Below are positions 8,598 through 15,965 of a DNA stretch of 32,000 nucleotides, piece by piece. Within the stretch, counting starts at the first letter, position 1. Each line of letters starts with the position of its first letter. Under the pieces are notes generated by a model. That model made no database searches. It saw nothing but the letters and a program-made list of their open reading frames with translations, and had not been told where the DNA came from. Both the position numbers and the translations under genes were made by a program. This DNA comes from Alkalilimnicola ehrlichii MLHE-1 (GTDB lineage: Bacteria; Pseudomonadota; Gammaproteobacteria; Nitrococcales; Halorhodospiraceae), in the NCBI RefSeq assembly GCF_000014785.1, contig NC_008340.1, positions 2,430,001 through 2,462,000 of the forward strand, in the 5' to 3' direction.

Positions 8598-9265
8598 GCA
8601 AGCTGATCATCGGCGCCCGCCGCGGCATCGGACTGGAGGTGGTGCGGCAATTGCGCGCACGGGGCGATACGGTGATTGCCGCGGCCCGTACATCGTCCGC
8701 TGAATTGGAGGCCACGGGTGCGGAGATCCACACCGAGGTGGATATCACCCGCCACGAGACCCTGCGCGCCCTAGCGACCGCCCTGGCCGACCGGGAGCTG
8801 GACTGGCTGCTGGTGGTGGCCGGGGTCATGAGCAAGCAGCGCCTGGGCGCCCTGGACGAGGCGGCGGTCGCCGGCATCCACCAGCAGTTCGAGACCAACG
8901 CCCTGGGCCCGTTGATGGCCGCGGAGGCGCTGGCGCCGCGAGTACGGCCAGGCGGCAAGCTGGGGATCCTGACCAGCAGGATGGGCTCGCTGGCCGACAA
9001 CACCTCCGGCAACAGCTACGGCTACCGCATGTCCAAGGCGGCGGTGAACATGGCGGGCGTCTCCCTGGCCCACGATCTGCGCGAGCGGGCGATCGCCGTG
9101 GCCCTGCTCCACCCCGGCTGGGTGCGCACCGATATGACCGCCCACAACGGGCTGATCGACCCGCCGGAGTCGGCGGCCGGGATCATCCGGTGCATGGACG
9201 AGCTGACCCTGGAGGAGACAGGCCGGTTCTGGCATGCACCCAAGGGGGAGCCGCTCCCCTGGTAG
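8594..9265 (+). CDS. SDR-family oxidoreductase (C-factor-like short-chain dehydrogenase)
   Basis: N-terminal GARRGIG nucleotide-binding motif, VVAGVMS, YGYRMSKAAVNMAG active site, LHPGWVRTDM. Confidence 0.9.
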   Translation: MSKLIIGARRGIGLEVVRQLRARGDTVIAAARTSSAELEATGAEIHTEVDITRHETLRALATALADRELDWLLVVAGVMSKQRLGALDEAAVAGIHQQFETNALGPLMAAEALAPRVRPGGKLGILTSRMGSLADNTSGNSYGYRMSKAAVNMAGVSLAHDLRERAIAVALLHPGWVRTDMTAHNGLIDPPESAAGIIRCMDELTLEETGRFWHAPKGEPLPW

Positions 9266-9278
9266 GCCTTCTGTAACG

Positions 9279-9313
9279 AAAAACCCCTGCCAGGGCCTTG
9301 GCCCGGACAGGGG
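9279..9313 (-). terminator. Intrinsic terminator for minus-strand transcription (downstream of the 58-aa peptide ORF)
   Basis: Minus-strand reading: CCCCTGTCCGGGCCAAGGCCCTGGCAGGGG followed by TTTTT. Confidence 0.8.
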
Positions 9314-9355
9314 TGCGATCACTGCGTGCCCGTTCAGGCACTGATCAGTGGGCGC

Positions 9356-9532
9356 TTACAGCAGGCCGCCGAGCAGCGGGCCCACGGCACCCAGAACGGT
9401 GCCCAGCAGGCCGTCCACGATACCCGAAACGGCACCCAGCAGCTCGAGCACGCCGCTAACCTGGAGGTCCAGGCTCACGCCGGCACCGCCCACTACCGCA
9501 TCCATCTCCACGTTGGTCAGTTCACGGAACAT
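9356..9532 (-). CDS. Putative double-glycine-leader secreted peptide precursor (58 aa), absent from supplied ORF track
   Basis: Direct translation of the complement: MFRELTNVEMDAVVGGAGVSLDLQVSGVLELLGAVSGIVDGLLGTVLGAVGPLLGGLL*. Leader matches the GG-leader consensus (L-12, T-11, E-8, M-7, V-4, G-2, G-1). AAGGAG RBS lies 6 nt upstream of the ATG, with an intrinsic terminator downstream. Confidence 0.85.
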   Translation of the reverse strand: MFRELTNVEMDAVVGGAGVSLDLQVSGVLELLGAVSGIVDGLLGTVLGAVGPLLGGLL

Positions 9533-9771
9533 AATCGACTCCTTGACTTTGCCTATGGCAGAAATAATTGCCAGCCTTCAGCCAGCGAATTCGATCCTAC
9601 GCCCAGAAACAAGAAGCAGCCAATCATTAAATTCAACTATTACTATTGGGCGAATCCTTCCACCCTGATTAGCTGATATCATTCTGCGGGAATGGACTCA
9701 TTGGCATAAGCCTTACCAAGCATATATCACGAATGGATAATCCGGCAAATACTTAGCGAAATAGATGGTTA

Positions 9772-11190
9772 ATGAACCAACTACCCAAGAGTCGCCCAAT
9801 GACAAAGACCTGGCTTACCGTTCTGATGATCGTCGTCATGGGCATTGCCCCCACAGCAACCATGGCCGACGAGGACCGCCACTCCGCCCCCAACCGCGAA
9901 CTGGATCTGCGCTCCGCCATCGGCAAGGCGTTGCAGCTCCATCCAAGCATCCGCACCGGCGAGGCCCACATTGACCGGGCCCAGGCGCGCCTGGATCAGG
10001 CCGAATCCCTGTATTATCCCCATTTTTCCGCATCCAGCCGGATCGAAAGGCTGACCCTCAACACCGCCCGGCCCGATTCAGCCCGCGCAGTACTCGACTT
10101 CAACGGTGTGGAAATCGAGACCAAGGACCCGGATACCAGCATGTCGGGCTTCACCCGCTACGGGGCGGCCCTGCAGGCAGAATACATGCTCTACGATTTC
10201 GGCCGCCGGCAGCACGGAAAACGCGCCGCCGAGTCCCATTTGGGCACGGAACAGGCCCGGCTGAATGACATCACCTCCAGCACCGTCTTCAATGTGACTC
10301 AAGCTTATTTCGATGTCCTTAGGTTCCAGAACGCGCTGCGGATCCAGGAGGAATTCCTGGAACGCCGGCAGGAGAACCTGGACCTCGCCCGGCGCATGCA
10401 CCGGGCCGGGCGGGTAACGCGGGGTGACGTCATCAAGGCCGAGGCGGAACGCGCCCGAGCCCGTCTCGAGGTCACCCGCGCCGGCCACGACCTGGAGGCC
10501 AGCAGGGTGCGACTGCGCACCGCCATGGGACTGGATGAGGCGGGCTGGGCGTTCTCGGTCGTCGAAGGGGCTCAACTGACGCCACCGCAGGAACTCGGCA
10601 GGCGGGACGCCACCCACCGGGTGATCGAAGACCACCCCCGGCTACAGGCCGAACGCCAGTTCCTCCGGGCCCACCACGAGGAGCTGGAACAGGTGAAGGC
10701 GGACCGGCGCCCGGAGATCCGGCTCACCGGCAATTACCGCGTCGATGAGTTCCATTCCGGACCGGGCTCGGAACCAAACTATACCGTGGGGGTGCAGTTG
10801 GAGTGGCGCTTCTTTGACGGCGGCCAGCGCCGGGCGCGCGCCGCCGAGGCGCGCGCGGAGATGATGGCGGCCGCTGAACGGCAACGCGAGGCACGCCGCG
10901 ATGTCCTGACGGAACTGCACAACGCACAGCGTGAACTCACCGAGGCCGAGGAACGGATAGAGCTCAGCAAGACGTTGATCCGGGCGGCGGAGCAGGACCT
11001 GCGCAGCGCCACCATCGGCTACCGCGAAGGCATCCGCGCATTCTCCGACCTCTCCGACGCCGCCCTAGATCTGCGGGAGGCCGAATTGGAACTGGCCCTG
11101 GCCGAGTTCGATCGCCAGCAGGCTGTGATCGGTATCTACTGGGCCATGGGCCGGGCATCACTGGAACGGCTGACGGAGGCCGGCTTGTAA
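9772..11190 (+). CDS. TolC-family outer membrane efflux/export protein (true start possibly ATG 9799, giving signal peptide MTKTWLTVLMIVVMGIAPTATMA)
   Basis: Coiled-coil OEP pattern: NVTQAYFDVLRFQNALRIQEEFLERRQENLDLARRMHRAGRVTRGDVIKAEAERARARLEVT and YTVGVQLEWRFFDGGQRRARAAEARAEM. Confidence 0.93.
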   Translation: MNQLPKSRPMTKTWLTVLMIVVMGIAPTATMADEDRHSAPNRELDLRSAIGKALQLHPSIRTGEAHIDRAQARLDQAESLYYPHFSASSRIERLTLNTARPDSARAVLDFNGVEIETKDPDTSMSGFTRYGAALQAEYMLYDFGRRQHGKRAAESHLGTEQARLNDITSSTVFNVTQAYFDVLRFQNALRIQEEFLERRQENLDLARRMHRAGRVTRGDVIKAEAERARARLEVTRAGHDLEASRVRLRTAMGLDEAGWAFSVVEGAQLTPPQELGRRDATHRVIEDHPRLQAERQFLRAHHEELEQVKADRRPEIRLTGNYRVDEFHSGPGSEPNYTVGVQLEWRFFDGGQRRARAAEARAEMMAAAERQREARRDVLTELHNAQRELTEAEERIELSKTLIRAAEQDLRSATIGYREGIRAFSDLSDAALDLREAELELALAEFDRQQAVIGIYWAMGRASLERLTEAGL

Positions 11191-11192
11191 TT

Positions 11193-12446
11193 ATGAGCCA
11201 ATCGCAACAACCCGATGGCGAAGACCGCTTGCAATCCCTCCAGCGTTCGCTGGATAACGCACTGGCACGTTGGCACGGGCTCAGCTTCCGGCGGCGGACC
11301 GCGATTGTCGCGGCCGTGCTGTTCGGCGGATTGCTCCTTGCCCTGCTGACCAGCGGCGGGCGATCACTGCCGGACGGCGTGGCGGCGGCCCCTATCGAAC
11401 CGCGGCCCCTCAATATGGAGGTGCGCGCCCAGGGCACCCTGCGCGCCCACCGGCAGATGAACGTCTACCCCCGGGTGGCGGGCACCGTGGTCGACATCGC
11501 CGCGGAGGCCGCGGAGGCCAACGGCCGGGTGAGCCGGGGCGAGGCCATCGTCACCCTGGACGACGAGGACATCCGCATTGAGGTGGAGGACGCGGAGGCC
11601 GCGCTCTGGGGGGCCAAGGCCGAGCTGGCCTCGGCGCTAGGGCGGTACCAGCGCGCCATCCAACAGCGGGACCGGGCCGAGCGGCTGTATCGGGAGGATC
11701 TGATCCCCAGGGACGAACGCGACCAGGAGCGGGCCCACTACGAGGACATGCGGGCTGCCCTGGAAACCGCCCGTGCCCATGTCCGCCAGGCAGAGATCCG
11801 CCTGGAGCAGGCACGGGACAACCTGCAGCACACCGAGGTCCGCAGCCCCATCGACGGCCGCGTGCTCAATATCGCCGCCGAACTGGGCGACCGGGTCGCC
11901 CCCGGCGGCCAGACACCGGTGTTCACCGTGGCGGCCGGCCTCGAGCCGATGGAGCTCCGGCTCGAGGTCAACGAAGCCGACATCGGCAAGATCCGAGCCG
12001 GGCAGCGCATCCGTTTCAACGTGGAGGCCTACCGCCAGGAGGACTTCCATGCCGAGGTCCGGCGCGTCCTGCCGGGCGGTTACGAGCGCCGCGGGGTCCA
12101 GGTCTACGAGGTGCGGGCCGACGCCGAAAATCCGCACCACCGCCTGATGCCGGGCATGAGTGTGCAGGCACGCATCCATATCGAACAAACCGAGCCCCGC
12201 CCGGCCATCCCTCTGCGGGCCCTGGTCTTTGAGCCGGAATCCGAACGCCTCCTGGACCCGCACCGGGACACCCTCCGCGCCTTGCGGGATGAGGGCCGGA
12301 GCATCATCTGGATCCAGGACCGGTCCGGGGAGATTCGCCCGGCGGGCGTCGAACTGGGCGAGCAGGACGACGAGTATGCGGTCCTGCGGGATACCCCCTG
12401 GTCCGACGACGACGCTGACGGTATTCGAGTCCTCTTCTACGAGTGA
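11193..12446 (+). CDS. HlyD/MacA-type periplasmic adaptor subunit
   Basis: N-terminal TM anchor, QGTLRAHRQMNVYPRVAGTVVDIA, long coiled coil, HTEVRSPIDGRVLNIAAELGDRVAPGGQTPVFTVA barrel-sandwich motif. Confidence 0.9.
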   Translation: MSQSQQPDGEDRLQSLQRSLDNALARWHGLSFRRRTAIVAAVLFGGLLLALLTSGGRSLPDGVAAAPIEPRPLNMEVRAQGTLRAHRQMNVYPRVAGTVVDIAAEAAEANGRVSRGEAIVTLDDEDIRIEVEDAEAALWGAKAELASALGRYQRAIQQRDRAERLYREDLIPRDERDQERAHYEDMRAALETARAHVRQAEIRLEQARDNLQHTEVRSPIDGRVLNIAAELGDRVAPGGQTPVFTVAAGLEPMELRLEVNEADIGKIRAGQRIRFNVEAYRQEDFHAEVRRVLPGGYERRGVQVYEVRADAENPHHRLMPGMSVQARIHIEQTEPRPAIPLRALVFEPESERLLDPHRDTLRALRDEGRSIIWIQDRSGEIRPAGVELGEQDDEYAVLRDTPWSDDDADGIRVLFYE

Positions 12447-12455
12447 AGTGCCACC

Positions 12456-13193
12456 ATGTCTATCGTTCTCGAACTCGCTCACGTGGCCAAGAGCTTCTCA
12501 GTGGGGGGCCATCGGGTCTCGCCCTTGATTGATGCGAATCTGGTGGTCCGGCGCGGCGATCTGGTCTCCATCGTGGGGCCGTCCGGCTCCGGGAAATCCA
12601 CCCTACTTCACGTGCTCGGTTGCCTGGAGCGGCCGGACCAGGGCGAGGTCTATATCCGGGGCCGGCCCACCCGCGATCTCTCCGATGAGGAGCTGTCCGC
12701 CTTTCGCGGCAAGACCCTGGGTTTCGTATTCCAGCGCTTCTACCTCATCGACCGGATGACGGCCCTGCAGAACGTGGCCATGCCGTTGGAATACCGTGAT
12801 GATCTGACCCGTGAGGAGGCCTGGGCCCGGGCCTGGGAGAGCCTGGAACGCGTCGGCCTGGCCGAGCACGCCCACCACCGCCCCCGGCAGCTCTCGGGCG
12901 GTCAGCAACAGCGGGTGGCCATCGCCCGGGCGTTGGCCTCCCATCCGACGGTGCTGCTGCTGGACGAGCCCACCGGCAACCTGGACCCGGACACCGGCCG
13001 CAGCATCATGCGGATCATCCACGAACTGCGCCAGGTCATCCCGGAGATGGCGGTCATCCTGGTCACCCACGACATGGCGCTCGCCGCAGACGCTGAGATC
13101 GCCTACGAGCTCCACCGCGGTCGGCTCCACCGGGTGCACTGGGACCAGGCGGGGCCTGGCGTGCAGACAATCAGCGCATCCTGTCCGGCATGA
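12456..13193 (+). CDS. ABC transporter ATP-binding protein, LolD/MacB-like
   Basis: GPSGSGKSTLLHVLGCLERPDQGEVYIRG, LGFVFQRFYLIDRMTALQNVAMPLEYR, LSGGQQQRVAIARALASHPTVLLLDEPTGNLD. Confidence 0.95.
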   Translation: MSIVLELAHVAKSFSVGGHRVSPLIDANLVVRRGDLVSIVGPSGSGKSTLLHVLGCLERPDQGEVYIRGRPTRDLSDEELSAFRGKTLGFVFQRFYLIDRMTALQNVAMPLEYRDDLTREEAWARAWESLERVGLAEHAHHRPRQLSGGQQQRVAIARALASHPTVLLLDEPTGNLDPDTGRSIMRIIHELRQVIPEMAVILVTHDMALAADAEIAYELHRGRLHRVHWDQAGPGVQTISASCPA

Positions 13194-14416
13194 GACTGCC
13201 CGTTTCCACCGCTTCGATCAGCAACGCCTTCGCCCTGCTGCGGGAGCACAAGGTGCGCTCCGGGCTGACGGTGCTCGGCATCGCCGTGGGGATCTGGGCA
13301 GTGGTGACCCTGCTGGCCATTGGCATGGGCGCACGGAGCTACATCGAGGGCCAGGTCCAGATCCTCGGCTCGGACCTGCTGGTGGTGACGCCCGGTTCCT
13401 CGGAGGACCCCACCAGCTTCTTCAACCCGGTGATCATGGAGAGCCTGACCCTGGCCGATGCCGAGCATTTCCGCAACCGGATCCCGGACGTCCACCGGGT
13501 GGCGGCCGTCTTTCAACTCAGCGGCGAACTCAGCGTGGCCGACAAGCGGGCGGCCGGCAGCGTGGTGGGCACAGAGCCCGACTATTTCGCCCTCCGGGAG
13601 CTGAGCGTGGACACCGGCCGGCTCCTCAACAGGGCGGATCAGCGCTCCGCGGCACCGGTTGCCGTCCTCGGTGCGGAGCTCGCCCAGCAATTGTTCGGCA
13701 ACCAACCGCCGCTGGGCGAGTCCATCCGTTTCCGCGGGCAACCGTTGGAGGTGGTCGGGGTGCTCAGCCAACGGGACGACGCGGCGCTGGGGCAGGGCGA
13801 GGACCGCAACCTCTTCGTCCCCATCCGGTATGCCCAGCGGGCCCTGGCTGGGGCCCACCACGTGGAATACATCATGGTGGAGCCCACCGGCCGTGAAACC
13901 AAGGACGCAGTGGCCCGCGCCATCGATCTGCACCTGATGACCCGCAAATCCCGGCTCAGCAATGCCGGCAAGACCCACACCGTGACCGACTTTGGCGAGA
14001 TCGCGACCCTGGCCGGAAGGATTGTCGACGCCATGACCTGGACCCTGGTCAGCATCGCCGGCGTCAGCCTGGTGGTCGGGGGGATCGGTGTGATGAACGT
14101 CATGCTGGCCTCGGTCAGCGAACGGGTCAGCGAGATCGGCATCCGGCGCGCGGTGGGGGCCAATGCCAACCAGATCCGGCTGCAGTTTCTCTCCGAGGCG
14201 GCCATGCTCACCGTGGTCGGGGGGGTGGTCGGGCTGTGCCTGGCCTTTATTTCCATCCTCCTCGCCAACCAGTTGCTGCCCTGGGAAGGGAGCCTGACGG
14301 TCACCTCGGTGCTGCTGGTCCTGCTCTTCTCAGCGAGTATTGGCGGCTTCTTCGGCTACTACCCGGCACGTAAAGCGGCGAACATGCCACCCATGGAGGC
14401 CTTGCGCTATGACTGA
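13190..14416 (+). CDS. MacB/FtsX-like ABC transporter permease
   Basis: NAFALLREHKVRSGLTVLGIAVGIWAVVTLLAIGMGARSYIEGQVQILGSDLLVVTPG and VVGGIGVMNVMLASVSERVSEIGIRRAVGANANQIRLQFLSEAAMLTVVGGVVG. Confidence 0.95.
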   Translation: MRLPVSTASISNAFALLREHKVRSGLTVLGIAVGIWAVVTLLAIGMGARSYIEGQVQILGSDLLVVTPGSSEDPTSFFNPVIMESLTLADAEHFRNRIPDVHRVAAVFQLSGELSVADKRAAGSVVGTEPDYFALRELSVDTGRLLNRADQRSAAPVAVLGAELAQQLFGNQPPLGESIRFRGQPLEVVGVLSQRDDAALGQGEDRNLFVPIRYAQRALAGAHHVEYIMVEPTGRETKDAVARAIDLHLMTRKSRLSNAGKTHTVTDFGEIATLAGRIVDAMTWTLVSIAGVSLVVGGIGVMNVMLASVSERVSEIGIRRAVGANANQIRLQFLSEAAMLTVVGGVVGLCLAFISILLANQLLPWEGSLTVTSVLLVLLFSASIGGFFGYYPARKAANMPPMEALRYD

Positions 14417-14936
14417 AACGACCGCTCTTCATCTCCCTTCGGTCCCCCGGGCCGCGACAGGCCTGCTGCAGGGCGTCGTCACCGCACCGCGGACCACCCT
14501 GCGGCAACTCTCCGGCTCGTGGACCGAGTGGTCCGCGGCGCTCCTCATCCTGGCCGGGATCATCCTTCTGAACACCCTGATGGCCCTGGCCATGGGTCGC
14601 GAGGGGTTGGGGACGCAATTACTCTCCGGCGCGCAATCCGCAATCCTAGCCTCACTGGCCACGGCGACCGTGATATGGCTGCTGGTCCAGCTTCTTTGCG
14701 CCGTACGCATCGCTTGGCAGCGGGTGCATAGCGGGACCATTCTCATCATGATCCCGCTCATCCTCGGACCGGTACCCGTCCTTGGCCACCTCATGCTGCT
14801 GGCGTTTGCCGGGCTGATCGCCCTGGTGTTTCTGGATGTGGCGGAGCAACCTCGGAACCGCAGCCTGCTCCTCACCGGCCTGACCTGGGTGGCCCTGATT
14901 GCCCTGGCGTTGGTAGGCGCCCGGTTGTTCGGCTGA
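14409..14936 (+). CDS. Small polytopic membrane protein (Yip1-like), last gene of exporter operon
   Basis: MTETTALHLPSVPRAATGLLQGVVTAPRTTLRQL then about five hydrophobic segments. Start overlaps the permease stop. Confidence 0.65.
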   Translation: MTETTALHLPSVPRAATGLLQGVVTAPRTTLRQLSGSWTEWSAALLILAGIILLNTLMALAMGREGLGTQLLSGAQSAILASLATATVIWLLVQLLCAVRIAWQRVHSGTILIMIPLILGPVPVLGHLMLLAFAGLIALVFLDVAEQPRNRSLLLTGLTWVALIALALVGARLFG

Positions 14937-14955
14937 AAAGGGCAGGCCACCCCCA

Positions 14956-15174
14956 CCGTCACTGCGAGGAGGCGAAGCCGACGGGGCAGTCGGCCGCCCT
15001 GGATCGCCACGGGCCTTCGGCCCTCGCGATGACGGGGGAAAGCCTCGGCCCTCTTGAAGCATTGGGCTGTGCCGGAAGCGGAAGGTCGCCCCCACCGTCA
15101 CTGCGAGGAGGCGAAGCCGACGCGGCAGTCTACCCCTCTGGATCGCCACGGGCCTTCGGCCCTCGCGATGACGG
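14956..15174. repeat. Two direct copies of the bipartite palindromic repeat (14956..15035 and 15095..15174), inverted relative to the copy at 2905..2982
   Basis: The 36-mer TGGATCGCCACGGGCCTTCGGCCCTCGCGATGACGG at 15000..15035 and 15139..15174 is the exact reverse complement of 2905..2940. Confidence 0.92.
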
Positions 15175-15305
15175 GGGGAAGAAAGCCTCGGCCCTCGCGA
15201 TGACGGGGGCAAGCCATTCGTCGGTGATTCGGGCCCGCGCAGGGGGGCTCGGGATGACGGCTTATCCAGCCGTTGCCCAAAGGATTTTGTAAAGGAGGTG
15301 ACATC

Positions 15306-15866
15306 GTGACGCTGCTCAAACATCGGTCCTTCAACCGCGCGCAGGCCGGCCGGGATTTCAGCCGGGTCATTCCCCAGTCCCGCCCTGACTCCTGCGGTCT
15401 GGCCGCCCTGGCCACCCTGATGAATGAGGTCCTACACTTACCGACGAGCGAAGCCGCGCTGCAGGCGAGACTGAAACACCGCCGCCCCGCCAGCCTGACT
15501 GACCTGAGCAAGCTTAGTCGCCAGGCAGGCCTCAAGGCCCATGCCTACGCGGTCGACCTGGACCTGCTCCTTCGGGTGCAACGACCGGCCATACTGCATA
15601 TGGGGGCCTCGCGCCGGATCGGGCACTACGTGGTGGTCCGGGGGGTTGCGGACGACAAAGCGTGGCTCGCCGATCCCATGCGCGGCAACGTCCACCTGGA
15701 CCTGACCGCCCTCAAGAAACACTGGTACGTGCCTCGCAAACCCTTTGGTCACGTCCTTTACGTCGCCGGAGCGGACGAGGAATGGTTACCCCTGAACGAG
15801 GAGCACCTTCCGGGCAGCCCGCCGGAAACGGTCAGCGACTGGTTCCCCCCGCCGGCCGGACGTTAG
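15306..15866 (+). CDS. Stand-alone C39-family (double-glycine) peptidase domain protein; start reassigned to GTG 15306
   Basis: Catalytic block PQSRPDSCGLAALATLMNE, His block RIGHYVVVRGV, Asp block WLADPMRGNVHLD. SD sequence AAAGGAGGTGA at 15291..15301 sits just upstream of GTG 15306; the track start at 15273 is a TTG upstream of that SD. Confidence 0.88.
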   Translation: MTLLKHRSFNRAQAGRDFSRVIPQSRPDSCGLAALATLMNEVLHLPTSEAALQARLKHRRPASLTDLSKLSRQAGLKAHAYAVDLDLLLRVQRPAILHMGASRRIGHYVVVRGVADDKAWLADPMRGNVHLDLTALKKHWYVPRKPFGHVLYVAGADEEWLPLNEEHLPGSPPETVSDWFPPPAGR

Positions 15867-15876
15867 GCCGCCGCAG

Positions 15877-15906
15877 TCGCCGCCCGGTTCGCACTACGGG
15901 CGGCGA
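15877..15906. terminator. GC-rich 10-bp stem hairpin between convergent genes (possible bidirectional terminator, no clear T-tract)
   Basis: TCGCCGCCCG gttcgcacta CGGGCGGCGA. Confidence 0.4.
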
Positions 15907-15965
15907 TCACGGTTGCCCATCGCCCCGCGTCCCCGGGCCAGTGGCAGGCCATAATACCCTGCGTT

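Noticed and set aside
9533-9650. Possible sigma-54 promoter (CTGGCAATTATTTCTGCC on the minus strand) upstream of the GG peptide
   Set aside because: Spacing between the GG and GC elements is 11 nt rather than the required 10, and the -12 element lacks TTGC. I could not support a call.
9326-9676. Plus-strand ORF of 116 aa (MPVQALISGRLQQAAEQRAHGTQNG...) and 9348..9668 on the same strand
   Set aside because: They are antisense to the GG-peptide ORF, begin near the terminator hairpin and have composition typical of a shadow frame. The minus-strand ORF has RBS, leader consensus and terminator instead.
12811-13896. Long plus-strand ORF of 361 aa overlapping the ABC ATPase and permease in another frame
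   Set aside because: Both overlapped genes have full-length family signatures in their own frames. This ORF is a GC-rich shadow frame with Arg/Pro/Gly-rich translation.
14652-15535. Minus-strand ORF 14652..15323 (223 aa) and 15098..15535
   Set aside because: They run through the repeat array and antisense to the Yip1-like and C39 genes. Low-complexity RGP/SSRG translation.
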